A DNA stretch of 64,000 nt from Candidatus Saccharimonadales bacterium (GCA_036276755.1 DASUOG010000005.1:13777-77776), one strand, 5' to 3'. Counted from the stretch's first letter, positions 19,377-29,805 are shown. Notes: generated by a model from the letters alone, not told the origin. Made by a program: numbers and translations.

Positions 19377-20490
19377 GTTAAAAATAGCTTTTGTTATAGA
19401 TGACGGCATGGACAGGCCCGACGGTGTACAGCAATATGTTCTAACGCTTGGCAGGTGGTTTAAGCGGCAAGGCCATAGCGTACGATACCTCACGGGTGAA
19501 ACTTCACGGCAAGATATAAAAGATGTTATCCCGCTTGCCAGGAACCTGTCCGTGCGATTCAACGGTAACAGTTTGACCACCCCCTTGCGGGCTTCGGGCT
19601 CAAAGATCAAAAAAGTGCTTGATGAAGAACGATTCGACATAATTCATGTACAAATTCCTCATAGTCCGTTCATGGCAGCCAGAGTCGTGCGGAGGGCTCA
19701 CAAAAACTCAATCGTAATAGGCACCTTCCATGTACTTCCCACCGGCAGATTACAGCGGGCAGGGACCAAACTGCTCGGTCTTGTTCTCAAATATAACCTG
19801 AAAAAGTTCGATATGTTCTTAAGCGTGTCCAAGCCGGCTAAACGTTTCGCCAAAAAAGCGTTCGGTATAAACAGCACGGTACTGCCGAACCCTGTTGAGA
19901 CAACCAGATTCAAAAAAAATACAAAAACGCGTGATAACAAGAGCGTCAGTATATTATTTTTGGGTCGCCTGGTGCCCAGGAAAGGCTGCATGCAGCTAAT
20001 AAAAGCTGTTGAGATCCTTCTGCAGGCCGATTTAGCTGCGGATATAAAATTGGATATCTGCGGTAGTGGCAATCAAAAAAACGCTGTTGAAAAGTACATA
20101 CAAGCAAGAGACGATCTGAAAAAAATAACAGTCATGCACGGTTTCGTCAGTGAAAAAAAGAAGGCCGAACTTTTAGCCAATGCCGATTTCGCAGTATTTC
20201 CCTCTTTGTCCGGTGAGAGCTTCGGGATAGTGCTGATTGAAGCCATGGCTGCCGAAACCGGCGCGGTATTGGCCGGGAACAACCCGGGTTATTCAAGTGT
20301 GCTCTCGAGTGTTCCGGACAGCTTGTTCGATCCGAAAAACCCTCGGGAGCTGAGTGATAAATTGCTTGAGCTTATCAAAAGCAAAAAGAAATTCGACTCT
20401 ATGCATAACAGGCAACAAAGCTTAGTGAAGAAATTTGATGTAGAAAGAATCGGTACTAAACTGCTGGATATATACACAGCGAAAGCTTAA
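19369..20490 (+). CDS. GT4 glycosyltransferase (PimA-like paralogue)
   Basis: DGVQQY, GTFH, GRLVPRKG, GESFGIVLIEAMAA; start at MNKLK chosen. Confidence 0.9.
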   Translation: MNKLKIAFVIDDGMDRPDGVQQYVLTLGRWFKRQGHSVRYLTGETSRQDIKDVIPLARNLSVRFNGNSLTTPLRASGSKIKKVLDEERFDIIHVQIPHSPFMAARVVRRAHKNSIVIGTFHVLPTGRLQRAGTKLLGLVLKYNLKKFDMFLSVSKPAKRFAKKAFGINSTVLPNPVETTRFKKNTKTRDNKSVSILFLGRLVPRKGCMQLIKAVEILLQADLAADIKLDICGSGNQKNAVEKYIQARDDLKKITVMHGFVSEKKKAELLANADFAVFPSLSGESFGIVLIEAMAAETGAVLAGNNPGYSSVLSSVPDSLFDPKNPRELSDKLLELIKSKKKFDSMHNRQQSLVKKFDVERIGTKLLDIYTAKA

Positions 20491-20531
20491 CAGCTTGCAC
20501 TAATCTTACCAATAGGTCAAAATATTGATGA

Positions 20532-21611
20532 ATGAGTACGGAAAAAAATAAGCACATCACGATAAGCGTGGAGTCGCGCACTATAGTACGTGTGATATTG
20601 ATAGTTTTCGGTACGCTCCTGCTGCTTGCATTTCTGAAGGTCATCGCCCATGCCTTGGTGCTTATATTTTTTGCTTTCTTTTTGGCTCTTGCATTGAATC
20701 CGGCAGTCAGCTGGATTGCCCAACGCTTACGAAGCGGCAGCCGGGTAAGGGCTACCGGCTTGGCATATTTAGTGGTACTTACCCTGCTTATTACATTCTT
20801 TGTGTTGGTGATCCCGCCGCTTATCAGACAGACCGTTGAATTTCTGCAAGATGTTCCCCAGACCATCAGCAGTCTTACGGCTGAAGATTCCGCTTTCGGC
20901 CGATTTATTGAACGGAACAATCTGGAAGGCCAGTTAAACAGTCTGGCGGAAGATTTCGGCAACAGGTTCAAAGATGTGAGAGAGCCGATACTCTCAACCG
21001 CAAGTGCGGTCGGTACGGCATTCATAAGTACGATCACCGTATTGGTTCTTACCTTTATGATGCTGGTGGAAGGGCCGGCCTGGTTTGACAAATTAGTCGC
21101 TATGCAACCCAAGCCCAAGCGAGAAGCCAGAAAAAAACTGGCCAAAAAACTTTATAAGGTAGTTACGAATTACGTAAACGGTCAGGTCATCGTGGCATTT
21201 ATAGCAGGCTCATTCGCTCTGATAGCACTGATTATCGCTAGCAATATTTATGGTGTTTCGATCAATGCCGTAGCGCTGGCGGCGATCATAATGCTGTTCG
21301 GATTGCTGCCGTTGATCGGTGCTACCATTGGCGCCGTGATCGTGGTCTTGGCCTGTTTATTGCAGTCGGTCGCTCTGGCGATCACCATGGCCATCTTCTT
21401 CATTATTTACCAGCAAATAGAGAACCTGACCATTCAGCCATATGTACAGTCCAAGACTAACAGTCTGACGCCACTCATAGTATTCACGGCAGCTCTGATA
21501 GGAGTAAGCGTCGGCGGAATACTAGGAGCTTTCATAGCCATACCTACCGCCGGCTGTATCAAGATATTCATTGCGGATTATTATTCCAAACGTCTGGAAA
21601 CTTACAAATAG
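20532..21611 (+). CDS. AI-2E family transporter
   Basis: LALALNP, YVNGQ, YQQIEN..QP, GGILGAFIAIP. Confidence 0.9.
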   Translation: MSTEKNKHITISVESRTIVRVILIVFGTLLLLAFLKVIAHALVLIFFAFFLALALNPAVSWIAQRLRSGSRVRATGLAYLVVLTLLITFFVLVIPPLIRQTVEFLQDVPQTISSLTAEDSAFGRFIERNNLEGQLNSLAEDFGNRFKDVREPILSTASAVGTAFISTITVLVLTFMMLVEGPAWFDKLVAMQPKPKREARKKLAKKLYKVVTNYVNGQVIVAFIAGSFALIALIIASNIYGVSINAVALAAIIMLFGLLPLIGATIGAVIVVLACLLQSVALAITMAIFFIIYQQIENLTIQPYVQSKTNSLTPLIVFTAALIGVSVGGILGAFIAIPTAGCIKIFIADYYSKRLETYK

Positions 21612-21612
21612 C

Positions 21613-23016
21613 CTAATCTGTCATTCTAAACCACAGGGAACTTCTACCGACGTCATCCAAGCCGATGTTCTGATGTTTTAACCGGCTTCTTAGGTTATCG
21701 GCCACTTGCCAATCCCCTTGTTCTCTGGCATTTATACGTTCGGTAATAAGCCTCTTTTGTTCTGCCGTTATGTCGACAGAAGTTAAAAGTTCGAAACCGA
21801 ACAAGTCGTCCAGCCATTTCAGAAATTTAATAAATTCATCTTTGTTTTGTGATATCTCTTTGCCGAATTCTTGTACATATCGGGCTAGGTATGAGACCCC
21901 TAACGATGTATTTAAATTATCGGCAAGCGCTTGCTCGATCTCTCCTCTTAGCCGCGTCAGGCCTTTTGTCGTTTCGGTGTGGGCATCGTTTCCAAGCTGA
22001 AACCTTAAGTCCGCGGCAGCTTGAAGTTCCAGCCGCTTTCTTCTGGCTTCTTCCAGCGCCAGCCAGGTAAAATTCGCCTCGTTCCGGTAATTACTGTTTA
22101 AAACGAACATGCGGAAATCTTTGCCGTTGAATCCTTTATTTTTCAAGTCCTCTATCGTGTAGCCGTTATCCAGGCTTTTGGAAATCTTCTGGCCGTTTAT
22201 CTTAAGATGGTTGTTGTGTACCCAGTACCGGGATAACGGCTGATTTGTAACCGATTCCGATTGAGCTATCTCGTTTGTATGGTGGATCGGGATATGCTCT
22301 ATGCCGCCGGCATGGATATCGATAGTCTGTCCTAGTTCGCTAAGAATAATCGCCGAGCATTCCAGATGCCAGCCGGGAAAACCTCTGCCCCAGGGGCTAT
22401 CCCATTCCATGTCGCGTTTTTTATCCTTTGGAGAGAACTTCCATAGCGCGAAATCGGTCGGGTGTCTTTTGCCGCCCATAGATATTCTGGCGCCGGTTTT
22501 TTGACCTTTTATATCCAGTTTGGCCATCTTTCCATAGTCCTTCACCGTCGTGCTGTCAAAATACACACCGTCAGCCGTGATGTAGGTATGTCCCGCCGTT
22601 TCCAGCTTTTTTATCACATCTATCTGCTTATCTATATAATCCGTAGCCCTGACTATCTTTTCCTTTGGAATCGAGATATTGAAATAGTCCAGCCCGCCAA
22701 TGAAATATCCACTGTAATGTTCGGCTATTTGCCATGCTGTCTTGGCTTCTTTGCGGGCGGTTTTTTCCAGCTTGTCTTCGCCCTCATCGGCATCACTTAC
22801 CAAGTGGCCGACATCGGTTATATTCATTACCCAATCGACTTCATAACCTTCGCTGCGCAGAGTTCTGGCCAGGATGTCGTATCGGATAAACGAAGCCCAG
22901 TTACCTATGGTCGGTTTTTCATAAACCGTCGGTCCGCAACTATAATATTTAACTTTTTTATCAGCCGGAACCTTAAACGGTTCTTTTGTTCTCGAGGCCG
23001 TGTTATATATCTGCAT
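21613..23016 (-). CDS. cysS: Cysteine--tRNA ligase
   Basis: CGPTVY, DFALWK, PGWHLECS, HHTNEIAQ, KISKS. Confidence 0.95.
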   Translation of the reverse strand: MQIYNTASRTKEPFKVPADKKVKYYSCGPTVYEKPTIGNWASFIRYDILARTLRSEGYEVDWVMNITDVGHLVSDADEGEDKLEKTARKEAKTAWQIAEHYSGYFIGGLDYFNISIPKEKIVRATDYIDKQIDVIKKLETAGHTYITADGVYFDSTTVKDYGKMAKLDIKGQKTGARISMGGKRHPTDFALWKFSPKDKKRDMEWDSPWGRGFPGWHLECSAIILSELGQTIDIHAGGIEHIPIHHTNEIAQSESVTNQPLSRYWVHNNHLKINGQKISKSLDNGYTIEDLKNKGFNGKDFRMFVLNSNYRNEANFTWLALEEARRKRLELQAAADLRFQLGNDAHTETTKGLTRLRGEIEQALADNLNTSLGVSYLARYVQEFGKEISQNKDEFIKFLKWLDDLFGFELLTSVDITAEQKRLITERINAREQGDWQVADNLRSRLKHQNIGLDDVGRSSLWFRMTD

Positions 23017-24013
23017 CGTTCGTTGCTTTGAGTTTATTTAATTCATCTTCTATATGGTTAGCGCATTTGGATAATATGTCTTTGAACTCACTGCCGTCGG
23101 TAACCCGGAAACCGCTGGCGTAAGGATGTCCGCCGCCGCCGAATTGCTCGGCTACGGCATCGCACAAGGGATACCCGTAATTAGAACGCAATTTAGCAGT
23201 GATCCTGCCATCCGGATAGTGCTTAAAGGCGACAGCGACTTTAACTTTTTCAACTTGGCGCATCTCATCGATAACCAGCATGGAGGGATTGTACAACGGA
23301 CTGTACTTTTCAATCTCTGCCCACGGTATGCTTATATAAGCGACCTGCCCTTCAAGGAGATACTCTACCCTTTTTAATAAATCGCCCTTGTAGCTTAGAA
23401 GTTCGGGCTGTTTTTTCTGGAACACCTTGCGTTTTGAATCCAGCTCCGCTAGACTCACCCCTCCTTCTATCAGATCGGCAATTATTCTTACGCTGGTAGG
23501 AGTGGTGCTCTCACTAATCAGACCCAGGCTATCGCTAAGTATAGAATTGACAATATATTCTTTGGCGTCCAGCGGCAGCGGCCATTTATTTTGCTTGCAC
23601 AGCCCATATATCAACTCACCCGTTGAAACCGCCTCTTTGATAATAGAGGTCGTGGCAAAATCTATAGTAGGTTCCGTGATATGGTGGTCAATTATGATAC
23701 AAGGTTTGGACTTCAGCCACTTGATGTCGCCGGTCTTTTGCAGGTTCTCAAGCAACAATATAGAACCGGTATCCACTATTATGGAAAGATCAAATTCATG
23801 CGGAAGGCTCTTTACCACCCTGTCCCAGCCCTTCATGAACCGCAAGTAAGACGGAATATCCACGCCGCAATACATAACAGGCTTTTTGCCCATCTCGATA
23901 AAGACGGCTTCTAAAGCCAGCGATGAGGCAAGGCTGTCGCCGTCAGGATTGTCAGCCTGGATGATTACTATGCTATTCGCGGATTCGATAAGCGACTGAG
24001 GGGTCTTTTTCAC
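23003..24013 (-). CDS. nrnA: DHH family phosphoesterase (NrnA-like)
   Basis: NPDGD, VDTG, IDHH, GGGGH. Confidence 0.85.
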   Translation of the reverse strand: MKKTPQSLIESANSIVIIQADNPDGDSLASSLALEAVFIEMGKKPVMYCGVDIPSYLRFMKGWDRVVKSLPHEFDLSIIVDTGSILLLENLQKTGDIKWLKSKPCIIIDHHITEPTIDFATTSIIKEAVSTGELIYGLCKQNKWPLPLDAKEYIVNSILSDSLGLISESTTPTSVRIIADLIEGGVSLAELDSKRKVFQKKQPELLSYKGDLLKRVEYLLEGQVAYISIPWAEIEKYSPLYNPSMLVIDEMRQVEKVKVAVAFKHYPDGRITAKLRSNYGYPLCDAVAEQFGGGGHPYASGFRVTDGSEFKDILSKCANHIEDELNKLKATNDADI

Positions 24014-24609
24014 ACGGTTCTCCTACCTTCGAATGCTTTGGACAAGGTTATCTGGTCGGCATATTCGATATCCAAGCCGATGGGCAGCCCCTGGGCAAGC
24101 CGGCTGACCCGCACCTTCATCCCGGATAATTGTTTTTGGATATAATGGGCGGTCGATTCACCTTCTATACTGGCATTGGTAGCGATCACCACTTCCCCTA
24201 CCTTGTCGGAGCGGACCCGTTTTATAAGTTCCGGTATGTGCAAGGCTTCCGGCGTAAGGTTGTCTATAGGGGAAATCAGGCCGCCTAACACGTGGTACGT
24301 GCCATTGAATGCATTGGTGTTTTCCAGGGCTACCACATCAAAGTTATCCTCGACCACGGCCACGATAGTCTTGTCCCTGCCCGTATCGCTATAGATGGGT
24401 GAGACCTTTTCGTCCTTGTCTATCAGTTCGTACGTTATCGGACAAACCTTTATATTCGCCTTCAGATTCCCTATGGAGGAAGCCAAACCGTCTAGGGTGC
24501 TCGTTTCAGCCTTGAATAAGTAATAAGCGTAGCGTTCGGCCGTTCTGGGACCTACGCCCGGTAGTTCCTTTAATGCATCTATCAAATCAGTTAAAGCTTT
24601 GGGAAGCAT
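24010..24609 (-). CDS. recR: Recombination protein RecR
   Basis: LPGVGPRTAER, YHVLGG.ISP, EGESTA, LEYAD-like motif. Confidence 0.95.
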   Translation of the reverse strand: MLPKALTDLIDALKELPGVGPRTAERYAYYLFKAETSTLDGLASSIGNLKANIKVCPITYELIDKDEKVSPIYSDTGRDKTIVAVVEDNFDVVALENTNAFNGTYHVLGGLISPIDNLTPEALHIPELIKRVRSDKVGEVVIATNASIEGESTAHYIQKQLSGMKVRVSRLAQGLPIGLDIEYADQITLSKAFEGRRTV

Positions 24610-24627
24610 ATTGCGGCATAATTCTAG

Positions 24628-24921
24628 TTATAGCCCCAGGTTGCCGAGCATACCCATCATCGGCTGCATCTTTTCCGCGGCATATTTCTGGCTTTGGGTT
24701 ATGGCATTCTTGACCGCTTCTTCGACCCACTTTTCAAGTTCGCCGATGTCATCAAGGTCGACTCTTTCCGGATCGATATGTATCTTCTTGATTTTCTGTT
24801 CGCCGTTAATCTCAACTGTAACAGCTTCATCCCCGGCAGAAACGGTTATGATTTCCTTTTTAAGTTCTTTTTGGACTTTTTTGACTTTCATCAACATTTT
24901 AGCCTGGTCAAACCTACTCAT
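24628..24921 (-). CDS. ybaB: YbaB/EbfC nucleoid-associated protein
   Basis: AG..VTVEINGEQ..IDP..D...LE; upstream of recR. Confidence 0.88.
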   Translation of the reverse strand: MSRFDQAKMLMKVKKVQKELKKEIITVSAGDEAVTVEINGEQKIKKIHIDPERVDLDDIGELEKWVEEAVKNAITQSQKYAAEKMQPMMGMLGNLGL

Positions 24922-24954
24922 ATATGACTCCTTTATCTATTTAATTGTAGCAGA

Positions 24955-26325
24955 TTAGCTTTCGAATATCCTTTGGTATTCCTCAGTTTCCGGCCAGCCG
25001 ATGAAGTATCGTTCGGTATGGTAGCTGCATATCAAAAACATGCCGAGTAGTATTATCGCTATCCCGAGCAACCGGGCCAGAGGATTGTTCGGGAATATGC
25101 TCATCCATTGTTCTATCAGGTAGGCAATACCTACGGCTATGATTATGTAAATCAGGGGCAGAAGAACTGATATATATGTAATACCGTTAACAGCGATCAA
25201 CAAGATAGCCAGAATTATGGATGAAAATATAATTTTTTTGCCCACGGGATGGCTTTTAGTCCGAATAAGGTATACCAGGCCGGCCAGCAAAAAAATTGCC
25301 GAAACGAAATCGATTATAGGGGTTTTATAAAGCCAGATCGAATAGTCATTGATGCCGTTGATAAACAGCTGGCCCGGTAACTCGGCCAAAGTAGCTTTCA
25401 TGGTGCCAAGAGAAGGCAGGCTGCCTACCTCCGCCCCGGCCAGTTTTATCAGCTGTGTAGAACTATCTAGAGACAGATAATTTATAACCAAGGCCATATA
25501 CGAAACGATTACCGACATGAACAGCACAGCCGGCAGGATAATATTCTTTATGCTTTTCTTTTCTTTAAGATAGTATAGCCCGATACTTGCCGCTATCAAG
25601 AAAAGCCATACGGCCCCCGGCACGAACAACAATTGCGCTAGTAAGATTGCTCCTATGACCGTGATGGCCAGTGAATTCGTGCGTAACACCAGGCTGCCGC
25701 AGTACAAAAGTACAGGTACCAAAGCTGCCGCCAGGACCGCAACGCCGTCTTGTCGGGCCTGGAGCAATAGCCAGGTTGAGCTTGCATAAGCCAAAAGTGT
25801 CAACACAGCCGTACGTTTGTTAATCCACCTAGCTACCAGCTTATAAAAACAAAACAGCGAGAACAGCAAAACAGCAACGGAGAGCAACCTTGCTTCCAGC
25901 TGTCCGGCCAAGTGCAGTTTGGCCAGGCCTATTAACAGCAATTTCATAGGCATATAATCCGCCGATTCTATGTCTGAAAGATGTTCATATGTTTTGGATG
26001 CGCCGTCATCGGACATAAGCGCCGGAAAATTCTCAAGATCGAACAGGTAGATTCCCAGTATAAAGACAGGTATGACCATGTACAATATCCTGTCTCTGAT
26101 CCAGCCTAACGTGCCGGCAATGGATAACCGGCGCTTATCCGCAGGTCCTTTAACCTTCTCCGGAGCCTGTTTTTTGGCAGATTCGGGTTTATTATCGGTT
26201 TTTGTGGACTCTTTTTCAGCTTGAGGTTTTTGTGTGATGCCGTCTATCGTCGAAACCGGCTGTATCTTACGGGGCAATACACCCCCCATACTTAAGATAA
26301 CCGGTCTTTTTTGCTTTTTCACCAT
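24955..26325 (-). CDS. Multi-pass membrane protein, GT-C (ArnT/PMT-like) fold suspected
   Basis: About 11 TM segments; DD after first TM; ARL motif. Confidence 0.55.
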   Translation of the reverse strand: MVKKQKRPVILSMGGVLPRKIQPVSTIDGITQKPQAEKESTKTDNKPESAKKQAPEKVKGPADKRRLSIAGTLGWIRDRILYMVIPVFILGIYLFDLENFPALMSDDGASKTYEHLSDIESADYMPMKLLLIGLAKLHLAGQLEARLLSVAVLLFSLFCFYKLVARWINKRTAVLTLLAYASSTWLLLQARQDGVAVLAAALVPVLLYCGSLVLRTNSLAITVIGAILLAQLLFVPGAVWLFLIAASIGLYYLKEKKSIKNIILPAVLFMSVIVSYMALVINYLSLDSSTQLIKLAGAEVGSLPSLGTMKATLAELPGQLFINGINDYSIWLYKTPIIDFVSAIFLLAGLVYLIRTKSHPVGKKIIFSSIILAILLIAVNGITYISVLLPLIYIIIAVGIAYLIEQWMSIFPNNPLARLLGIAIILLGMFLICSYHTERYFIGWPETEEYQRIFES

Positions 26326-26358
26326 GGATGTCAGTCTATTTTAACAGAATCGCCGGCA

Positions 26359-27723
26359 TTATGTATCAAATGGGGTCGAGTGTCTTTTGGACAGGCTTCT
26401 AAAGCGTTGTTTTTCCCTGTCAAAGTAGAGCTCGATAGCCCCAATGGGGCCGTTACGATGTTTTTTGATAAATATATCGGTTAAATTTTTTCTGTCCGTC
26501 TCAGGATTATAATAATCTTCCCGATACATAAAGGCGACCACATCGGCATCCTGTTCGATAGATCCGGATTCCCGCAAGTCCGCCAGTTGAGGTATCTGCG
26601 GGTGACGGCTTTCAACAGAACGGCTTAGCTGGCTGATCGCAATAAGCGGCACGTTGAGCTCTCTCGCAATACCCTTAAGTCCTCTCGATATCTCAGATAT
26701 TTCCTGAACCCGGTTTCCGCCATCGCCTGAAAACCGCGTACCGCCGCTCATCAGCTGAAGATAATCCACGATAATCAGACCGAGCGGCCGCTTATGAGCT
26801 TCACGTCTGGCCTTAGTACGCAGGTCGCTTACCGTTATGCCCGGACTGTCATCTATATAGATCGGTGCTTCGCTGAGCGAACCCATGGCGTGGCCTATTT
26901 TTTCAAAATCGGCGTCCGTGAGGTTACCGGTGCGTAGGTTCCACGCGTCCACTCCGGCTTCGGCGGCCAGCAAACGATCCACCAGCTGTTCCTTGCTCAT
27001 CTCTAAACTGAACAGTAGGACCGGTTGAGCAGCATTGACGGCTACATTGTGGGCGAAATTAAGCGACAGTGCGGTCTTGCCCATACTGGGCCTGGCCGCC
27101 AGAATGAACAAATCGCTTCTTTGGAAACCAGCTAAGATGTTATCGAGATCTTTAAATCCGGTCGGTATGCCGCGGATCGTACCTTTGTCCTTATGTAACT
27201 CGTCCAGCCGTTCAAAGCTTTCGCTAAGGATGTTCTCCAAACTCACGACATCTTGCTTGATGCGGGTACTGCTTACATCGAAAAGCTTACTCTCGGCCGT
27301 TTCTATAAGATCCTGAACGCTGTCGTTTTCATTAAAACCCAAAGCTATTATGTCCTGGCTGGCACGGATTATCCGCCGACGGACGGCCTTTGACGAAACT
27401 ATTTGCGCATATTCCACTACATGTGCCGCGGAAGGCACAAAATTAGTAAGCTCTGTCAGATACTCCGCGCCGCCGACCAATTTCAAATTATCATCGCCTT
27501 TGAGCTTGTTCGACAAGGTTAAGACATCTATGGGGCTGTGCTCGCCGTACAATGATTTAAGCGCACCGTAGATTATGCGGTTTTTTTCATCATAAAAATC
27601 ATCTTCCCGGATAACATCGGCGATTTTTACGATAGCATCACTATCGATCAGTATGGAGCCCAGCAGGCTGGCCTCGGCTTCAAGGTTGTGCGGCGGTATT
27701 TTAGGTTGGTCGGATTTAACCAT
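26359..27723 (-). CDS. dnaB: Replicative DNA helicase
   Basis: PPHNLEAE, ARPSMGKT, VDYLQL, LRESGSIEQDAD, KHRNG. Confidence 0.97.
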   Translation of the reverse strand: MVKSDQPKIPPHNLEAEASLLGSILIDSDAIVKIADVIREDDFYDEKNRIIYGALKSLYGEHSPIDVLTLSNKLKGDDNLKLVGGAEYLTELTNFVPSAAHVVEYAQIVSSKAVRRRIIRASQDIIALGFNENDSVQDLIETAESKLFDVSSTRIKQDVVSLENILSESFERLDELHKDKGTIRGIPTGFKDLDNILAGFQRSDLFILAARPSMGKTALSLNFAHNVAVNAAQPVLLFSLEMSKEQLVDRLLAAEAGVDAWNLRTGNLTDADFEKIGHAMGSLSEAPIYIDDSPGITVSDLRTKARREAHKRPLGLIIVDYLQLMSGGTRFSGDGGNRVQEISEISRGLKGIARELNVPLIAISQLSRSVESRHPQIPQLADLRESGSIEQDADVVAFMYREDYYNPETDRKNLTDIFIKKHRNGPIGAIELYFDREKQRFRSLSKRHSTPFDT

Positions 27724-27729
27724 CGGTAT

Positions 27730-29127
27730 CTAAGATTCTAGCACTTCGCTTGGACCAAAAATATTGCTTATGCTTTCTACAGAGTCACCGGCGGGTTGGC
27801 TTTTATCACTCCGGTCCGTATTGGCTTGCTTTAAAAACAATTTTACTTCTATGAAATTATCATCTAATTGCTTTAGGGCTTTTTTGACCAGCAAATGATT
27901 CTTCTCGATTGCCATTTGTTTGTAGTGGAACGGGAATTTAAAGTAGAGCTCCAACACGCCGTCGGCATACTTAGCTTCAGCCATACGGGCAATTGAATAC
28001 AGAGAACCATTGTTGTTTTTCAAGCTATCCAGGGCATCCTGCCACAAGTCTTGCCTTGATGGGTCAGCTTTAGGATTCGAAGGGTTTGGCCCGGTTTTGA
28101 TTTCGTTCGCCGGCCGGACCTTAGGACTATCACTACCTTGTTGTTTCAATGTGTCAGCTTTTTTATCGCCGACAGCAGACAATAAAGCCAGCTCGAGCGC
28201 TAAAGCGCTGTTGGCATAATTATCTATTGCCAAAAGGTCTTTGATGATAGTGACTATGCCTTGCCTGTCAATGCCCGGGCTTTTATCATTCAACAAGCAG
28301 TCGCGCAAATAACCGACCAATTGCCGGGCTATCTGGTTATTGGAAGCACCCGAACCACGCAACTTATCAATACCTTTTATGACTTGTTTGGAATCGGATG
28401 CAGCCACACTGTCTATTAATCCGGCTATCTCCTTTTTGGGGCTCAAGCCGAGTATCCGGGCGACATATTCGGTCTTGATAGTCTTGGCACTGTTTCTAAA
28501 CTGGTCCAAAAGTGAAATTGCATCCCGGAAACTTCCATCGGCATTCTCGGCGATTACATCAAGCGCGCTGTCTTCAATGTCGATAGATTCTTTTTTGGCT
28601 ATTTTATCAAGGTGTTTTTTGATGTCAGATACCGATATGCCTGAGAATGCGAACCTTATGCAGCGGCTGGTTATGGTGTCGGGAACTTTATGGAAATCAG
28701 TAGTGGCCAGTACAAACACGGCGTGCTCGGGTGGTTCCTCAAGTGTCTTTAACAATGCATTGAACGCTTCTTTGGTAAGCATGTGTACTTCATCGATGAT
28801 ATATACCTTGTATTTCAGTGCCGACGGAGTGATGTTAACCTTCTCGCGTAATTCCCGTATCTCGTCTATCCGCCGGTTCGAAGCGGCATCTATTTCGATT
28901 ATATCGCTGTATATTTGTTCGTCGGAATAATCCAACCCGTTGATCGCAAACGCGAACAAACGTGCTACGGATGTCTTGCCGACGCCTCTCGGCCCCGTAA
29001 ACAGATAGGCGTGGGCGAAAGAATTGTTTTTAATCGAGTTTACCAGCGTAGTGGTTATATGCTCCTGGCCTATCACCTCTTTGAATGATTTTGAACGATA
29101 TTTTCTATATAAAGCACCTGCTGACAT
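27730..29127 (-). CDS. dnaX: DNA polymerase III subunit gamma/tau
   Basis: LYRKYR, GPRGVGKT, DEVHML, NALLKTLEEPP, SRC. Confidence 0.96.
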   Translation of the reverse strand: MSAGALYRKYRSKSFKEVIGQEHITTTLVNSIKNNSFAHAYLFTGPRGVGKTSVARLFAFAINGLDYSDEQIYSDIIEIDAASNRRIDEIRELREKVNITPSALKYKVYIIDEVHMLTKEAFNALLKTLEEPPEHAVFVLATTDFHKVPDTITSRCIRFAFSGISVSDIKKHLDKIAKKESIDIEDSALDVIAENADGSFRDAISLLDQFRNSAKTIKTEYVARILGLSPKKEIAGLIDSVAASDSKQVIKGIDKLRGSGASNNQIARQLVGYLRDCLLNDKSPGIDRQGIVTIIKDLLAIDNYANSALALELALLSAVGDKKADTLKQQGSDSPKVRPANEIKTGPNPSNPKADPSRQDLWQDALDSLKNNNGSLYSIARMAEAKYADGVLELYFKFPFHYKQMAIEKNHLLVKKALKQLDDNFIEVKLFLKQANTDRSDKSQPAGDSVESISNIFGPSEVLES

Positions 29128-29134
29128 AGACTAT

Positions 29135-29140
29135 ATTATA
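29135..29140 (-). promoter_or_regulatory. -10 element 7 nt upstream of dnaX ATG (probably leaderless)
   Basis: TATAAT on minus strand, no SD. Confidence 0.55.
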
Positions 29141-29176
29141 CGCCTTTTTATCTTATAAACGAGTTATGGACCGGGT

Positions 29177-29686
29177 TTAGAGGGCGGCTTCCAGGGCAGC
29201 CCACTCCGTGTCCTTGTCATCCTGTGGAACGTTCACGCTGACCTGATCACCCGGTTTGGCCTTAAAATAGGTAACACTGGCTAAAAGCACCCTGTATTGC
29301 TTGTCACCGGCCTTCACATAATAATGACCGTCTTTTAGTTCCAGTTTTCCGACGACTTGTTTTCTCGGTATTGGACCGATCTGCTTATACATGAAGGCGC
29401 CGTCTTCTGAAATAGTAAGTTTCAATATATCGCCCTGGACCAGTTTGGACTTGCTGGCGTAGTTAGCCGGTACCGGGTAAGTCTTGCCGTCGCTGCCTAC
29501 CATGTTCTGCCCGTCGAATACACCCTCTATGACCTTGCCGATATTTTCTTCTACCGCCGCGTTTGTAGCTTCCGGGTCTTCACCAAGCAAGCTTAGGATC
29601 AGCTCCTTAGCTGCGGCAAGACTGGTCTCCGCCTCGGAAATCAAGGTACGGAGTCGTTTTACTTGTTTATCAGGTACATCTGCCAT
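29177..29686 (-). CDS. Conserved hypothetical protein
   Basis: IEGVFDGQNM...YPVPANYASKSKLV.GD.LKL motif; recalled as common in CPR, function unknown. Confidence 0.75.
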   Translation of the reverse strand: MADVPDKQVKRLRTLISEAETSLAAAKELILSLLGEDPEATNAAVEENIGKVIEGVFDGQNMVGSDGKTYPVPANYASKSKLVQGDILKLTISEDGAFMYKQIGPIPRKQVVGKLELKDGHYYVKAGDKQYRVLLASVTYFKAKPGDQVSVNVPQDDKDTEWAALEAAL

Positions 29687-29805
29687 TTTTTACCGTTTGT
29701 TTTAGCCTCTATTTATTCGGTTCGTTATCCCACTTACTGCGGTTACAGTAGCACCTTTAACCCACCTAAGTCAAAGTGTCAAGGGCTAACTGTGGAAAAT
29801 TACTT

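Noticed and set aside
27730-29127. Programmed -1 frameshift in dnaX
   Set aside because: The A-run near 28159-28164 reads GAT AAA AAA GCT, not an in-frame A AAA AAG, and I saw no clear stimulatory hairpin
29748-29783. CIRCE-like inverted repeat upstream of the 29177-29686 gene
   Set aside because: TAGCAC...GTGTCAA spacing and sequence do not fit TTAGCACTC-N9-GAGTGCTAA
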